64,000 bases of DNA from Caldisphaera sp. (GTDB taxonomy: Archaea > Thermoproteota > Thermoprotei_A > Sulfolobales > Acidilobaceae). Both the position numbers and the translations under genes were made by a program. The DNA is taken from positions 20,659 to 84,658 of the forward strand of contig NZ_JAWDMQ010000001.1 of assembly GCF_046536515.1 (NCBI RefSeq), given 5' to 3'. Below, in pieces: positions 60,056-64,000 of this stretch. Position 1 is the first letter of the stretch, and every line of letters begins with the position of its first letter. The notes under the pieces are model-generated. The model was given only the letters and a program-made list of their open reading frames with translations. It was not told where the DNA came from and ran no database searches.

Positions 60056-62440
60056 TTAAACTAAGTTTGCTTTATACAAAAATACAACTATTGCATAAAA
60101 ATATTTCTGACCATTATTTTGAATTGACCAGGAATATGGTATTGAAACGAATATTTTAATTGGTTGATAGTATTGAGTTGGATTAGGAACTGAAATAGGT
60201 TGAAATGCAATATTTCCATTTACCGGATCAATATAGCTAATAGCAGCTGGAGTAAACGACGTTGCGTTCCCAATGAATTTGGCCCCAGAACCAAAATCAC
60301 CATATTTATTTAATGTACTTATACCATAAAACATCAGGTTATATATGGTTGTTTCTAATGTATTTGTAACATTTTTTAAAGGAGATCCATAAAAAGCAGG
60401 GAATTGATAATAAACATAATTACCATATGTAGAAAAAGATGAATAAATAGAGGTTAATGGATTTCCATATATAGGGTTAACCCTTTCCGATATTCTAAGC
60501 ATTTGATAAGATTTAGCTATGTCCCCCAATCCATAGGTAACTCCATAAATCCCAGCATTTGGATTGATAGAATATATTGTAGGGTAGGGTATCATAATAA
60601 CGGAATTCGTAGAGTTACTATAGATACCTAAGAAAACATCATAAACCACTAAATAAGTATTATTTTTTGGTACATTAAGCAAAGTTAAATATCCTAGGCT
60701 TTGATTTATTGGAGAAGTTAATACATTTGCTACTATTTCTATTTGTGTCCCATTAATAGTTGATCCATCAACAACTGTTGTTCTATTCCCTAAAACACCG
60801 ATCCAATAACCATAGTCCCACCAAGAGACTATTACTGCACTTTTATTTGTGTCATTTTTAATATAACCCAAAGCGTTAAGCCATGCATCATTTATAGGTG
60901 CAATGGTTTTATATCCCCCATTAGATGTTGGCACAGAAATTGGGCCAAGGTATCCAGTTTCAATATCAGGTGCCATTAAATTTAATGTATTGTAATCTGG
61001 TTTAGCATAACTAATTGCCATACCCAAAATAACAATGGATAAAATTACACCTGCCGCTATACCACCATAATTTTGCTTTTCTACAGTCTTTTTAGTTTTC
61101 TTATTATATTCATAAGTCTTAAAACTCATAAAAGTTCCTATAGTGACTCCTGAGGATAGGGTTAAGAAAAATGCAGCAGAAGATAAAAAGTATGCCTCAT
61201 TAATGCTTGCATACATAAATATAAAACCATAAATAAACAATGATAATTTAAGTATTTCTATTTTTGAAACATTCTTTCTTAAATATATATTATATATTTC
61301 CGCAATCAAGCCTATTATTGAAATTATGAAAAGAACTCCATAATCAGCCATCGCTTCGCTAATAGATACAGATTGATATTCTGCAACCGTTAAAGATATA
61401 ACGCTTTTCATTGGAGTAATTCCTAATGCTAATAATACCCTGCTTGGTAAAGAAATAAAGCCTGTTACAACTAAAGATAATAATAATCCAAATATAACTA
61501 TAAGAAACCATATATGCATTTTTACATCAAAGTTTTTCTTTATACCTATTTTATTCAATAAATTTAATCTGCCGATCTCTTCTTCTATTAAATATACAAT
61601 GACAACACCTAATAATCCTAAACCAATACTATGCGTATAGAAACTAATCCCTGCTGTTGGAGATGAAAAAACTGATAAAGAATAACCCAAAATTATAAAT
61701 AAATAATTGTAAAGACTATTTCTATTCGGTTTAATAAAGAAAGGCTCTATTAATATATAAATTGAAATGATTAATGCAACATATTCGTACCCACCCCAAA
61801 ACCATGAAACTAATCCTCCCACAAATCCGGCAAAAAATGAATATATAAAGACTTTATTTCTTTTATTCTCACTAAGCGATAAACTAAAAAGGTATAAAAA
61901 CCATGATATTAATGCAAATCCAAAGATACGTTTACCTGGGAAGTTAGCAAAAGTTTGATCAAATAATATTACTGGATAAAGAGCTATAACAGATGAAGAG
62001 GCTAAACCTGCTAACTTTGAACCAGTTATTTTATATATTAAGAAGAATGTTCCAAATATTGCTATTATTGAAAAGGCAACTGGAAGCAGGCCTAAAATAT
62101 TAGTTAAATAGTTTTCATTTAACCCTGTGATTTTTGCAATAAATGCTGCTAACCAAGACATTCCAAGATATTCGGTTTTTAAAAAGTTTCTACCCCAAGG
62201 ATACCACCATGTATTGACATGCTCCAAACCAGAAAAACCTAATAAATTATGATTAAAAAAATATACTGATAGCCAATATCTTTCCCAAGGGTCTGCTTCA
62301 TTTAAATACTTCAGTCCATAATTTATTGCAGGTAATAACCTTATGTATATTGCAAATCCTACCAATATAACTAACATTACATATATCAATATAGATTGCA
62401 GCATTTTGGATAGCAAGATGTTTTTAACTTTGCTTGCCAT
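60056..62440 (-). CDS. aglB: Oligosaccharyltransferase AglB (STT3)
   Basis: EADPW, TVAEY, WFWGGY, SWWDYGYWI and GNRTTVVDG; multiple TM helices. Confidence 0.93.
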   Translation of the reverse strand: MASKVKNILLSKMLQSILIYVMLVILVGFAIYIRLLPAINYGLKYLNEADPWERYWLSVYFFNHNLLGFSGLEHVNTWWYPWGRNFLKTEYLGMSWLAAFIAKITGLNENYLTNILGLLPVAFSIIAIFGTFFLIYKITGSKLAGLASSSVIALYPVILFDQTFANFPGKRIFGFALISWFLYLFSLSLSENKRNKVFIYSFFAGFVGGLVSWFWGGYEYVALIISIYILIEPFFIKPNRNSLYNYLFIILGYSLSVFSSPTAGISFYTHSIGLGLLGVVIVYLIEEEIGRLNLLNKIGIKKNFDVKMHIWFLIVIFGLLLSLVVTGFISLPSRVLLALGITPMKSVISLTVAEYQSVSISEAMADYGVLFIISIIGLIAEIYNIYLRKNVSKIEILKLSLFIYGFIFMYASINEAYFLSSAAFFLTLSSGVTIGTFMSFKTYEYNKKTKKTVEKQNYGGIAAGVILSIVILGMAISYAKPDYNTLNLMAPDIETGYLGPISVPTSNGGYKTIAPINDAWLNALGYIKNDTNKSAVIVSWWDYGYWIGVLGNRTTVVDGSTINGTQIEIVANVLTSPINQSLGYLTLLNVPKNNTYLVVYDVFLGIYSNSTNSVIMIPYPTIYSINPNAGIYGVTYGLGDIAKSYQMLRISERVNPIYGNPLTSIYSSFSTYGNYVYYQFPAFYGSPLKNVTNTLETTIYNLMFYGISTLNKYGDFGSGAKFIGNATSFTPAAISYIDPVNGNIAFQPISVPNPTQYYQPIKIFVSIPYSWSIQNNGQKYFYAIVVFLYKANLV

Positions 62441-62629
62441 TTTAATCCTCTTTATAAAAACAAAGCATAAATTAATAAATTTTTTAAAATAATTACATAA
62501 TCAGTAAATAATTAAACTAGCTTATATAAAAAATTTTAAAATAAAATGTTAAAACACAAAATTGTATTCAATATTTTTTATTTGTCGCACTTAAAAACTT
62601 TGTATTTTTATAATAAACAAGGTGATTTT

Positions 62630-64000
62630 ATGCCTTTAGGATCATCTCAGGATTATCTAAACAGACTAAAAGAAAGAGAAAAAGACCTTAACATATATAT
62701 AGGAGGAGAAAGAATTACTGATCTATTAAATGAACCTATAGTTAAGCCTTCTATAAATGTAATATTAAAAACATACGAATTAGCTAAAATTAAAGATTAT
62801 AAAGGTATATTAACGGCTTATCAAAATAATGAAGAAGTTAATAGATTAGTTTATGTAGAGCAGAGTATAAGTGACCTTTTAATGAGAGCCGAATCCCAAA
62901 GAATATTAAATTCAAAAATAGGCAATTGCAATTTTAGATGTACTGGTCATGATGGTATCAATGCTGTTTTTGCTTCTACATATGATATAGATTCAAAACT
63001 TAACACAGAATACCATAAAAGATTTGCATTATGGTTAAAAGAAGTCCAGTCAAATGATTTGGTAGTAGAGACAGCTATGACGGACGTAAAGGGTGATAGA
63101 TCAAAAGGACCACTTGAACAAAAAAATGATATGGCATATGTTCACGTCGTAGAAAGAAGAAAAGACGGAATTGTAGTTAGAGGGGCTAAGATGCACATAA
63201 CAGGGGCAGCAATAGCTGATGAAATATTAGTTATACCTACAAAAAATATGAAACAGAACGAAAAAGATTATGCAGTTTCTTTTGCAATAAAGCCAGATAC
63301 CAAAAATTTATATTTTGTATCAAGCTGGCACCCCATGGATATTATGAAAAAAGTCTCAAAAGAGATTGGAACTGATATAGATTACCCTCTTCCATTCGGA
63401 CATAGAAGCACTTATCTTGTCATATTTGATGATGTTTTTGTACCATATGATAGAGTATTCATGGATGGAGAATATGAATTCACAGGCAAGTTAATTGAAT
63501 ACTTTATTTCTCATCACAGAGCAGGAGGTGGAAGCTGTAAAGCTGGATTTGCTGACGTTATATTAGGCTCTTCTGCATTAATGGCAGATGCTAATGGAGT
63601 TCTTAACGCCAGTTACATACAAGATAGGCTATTAGATATAATGAGACATGGAGAAGCTGCATATGCTGCAGGGCTTGCTGCCATGGTTAAGGGTTATAGA
63701 CATGCAAGTGGAGAATATATACCAGATTTAAGGTTAGCTAACATAGCAAAGTTGGATTCTATAGAACATCTGAAAGAAGCTATGGTTGCTGCAGCAGATA
63801 TTGGAGGCGGTATAACAGTTAATGCGCCATCATCAAAGGATTTAAATATAGAAGGATTATCTAATAAGATAGCTATGGCATTACAAGGAAACCAATCATA
63901 CACTGCAGAAGAGAGATTAAGGATTGCCAGATTGATGCAATTATGGGTTGCAGGTCCTCATTTAGTTGGATTAATACAAGGTGGTGGTCCGCCTGCAGCA
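62630..64000 (+). CDS. 4-hydroxybutyryl-CoA dehydratase (AbfD)/HpaB-family flavoprotein, runs off the window end
   Basis: GGTGA RBS and ATG 62630, open to 64000. GNCNFRCTGHD, AMTDVKGDRS, VVRGAKMHITG, IFDDVFVP and HRAGGGSCK give the C-x3-C and H-x6-C Fe-S ligand pattern. Confidence 0.82.
   Translation, partial: MPLGSSQDYLNRLKEREKDLNIYIGGERITDLLNEPIVKPSINVILKTYELAKIKDYKGILTAYQNNEEVNRLVYVEQSISDLLMRAESQRILNSKIGNCNFRCTGHDGINAVFASTYDIDSKLNTEYHKRFALWLKEVQSNDLVVETAMTDVKGDRSKGPLEQKNDMAYVHVVERRKDGIVVRGAKMHITGAAIADEILVIPTKNMKQNEKDYAVSFAIKPDTKNLYFVSSWHPMDIMKKVSKEIGTDIDYPLPFGHRSTYLVIFDDVFVPYDRVFMDGEYEFTGKLIEYFISHHRAGGGSCKAGFADVILGSSALMADANGVLNASYIQDRLLDIMRHGEAAYAAGLAAMVKGYRHASGEYIPDLRLANIAKLDSIEHLKEAMVAAADIGGGITVNAPSSKDLNIEGLSNKIAMALQGNQSYTAEERLRIARLMQLWVAGPHLVGLIQGGGPPAA

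Noticed and set aside
939-63903. Numerous antisense or nested ORFs in the track (e.g. 939..1310, 3423..3644, 10265..10861, 18299..18691, 40696..41289, 45931..46248, 52722..53144, 63694..63903)
   Set aside because: They are shadow frames opposite well-supported genes, with atypical composition and no motifs.

Overview
AT-rich archaeal chromosome segment from a thermoacidophilic crenarchaeon. The gene content (AglB, Gar1-TFB, TFE-beta, SRP19, Pelota, Trm10, Nep1) and low GC suggest Acidilobales/Caldisphaera-like; this is inference only. About 58 CDS, tRNA-Arg(CCT), tRNA-Ala(GGC) and the SRP (7S) RNA are present. Main blocks: (i) a 16-kb acyl-CoA metabolism island (five AMP-forming ligases, two thiolase-fold and two DUF35 proteins, HAD/ECH fusion, acyl-CoA dehydrogenase, cupin); (ii) a secreted PNGase-like amidase plus membrane-anchored S53 protease; (iii) the alternative heme pathway sirC-ahbC-ahbAB-ahbD; (iv) information-processing genes, including a 1401-aa RecQ-type helicase with an apparent N-terminal membrane anchor; (v) housekeeping RNA-modification and glycosylation genes. 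The top non-annotated signal is a 301-bp protein-free IS200/IS605-type element (2246-2546). It sits exactly after TTGAT and ends in TCAG. It consists of the left end, a putative archaeal promoter and a highly structured omegaRNA-like right end. Removing it in silico restores a membrane-protein gene in frame. Also found outside the ORF track: an M24 peptidase remnant, a 57-aa coiled-coil ORF and a window-truncated AbfD-like gene. Several island enzymes lack canonical catalytic residues. All calls are by-eye motif recognition; no searches were run.
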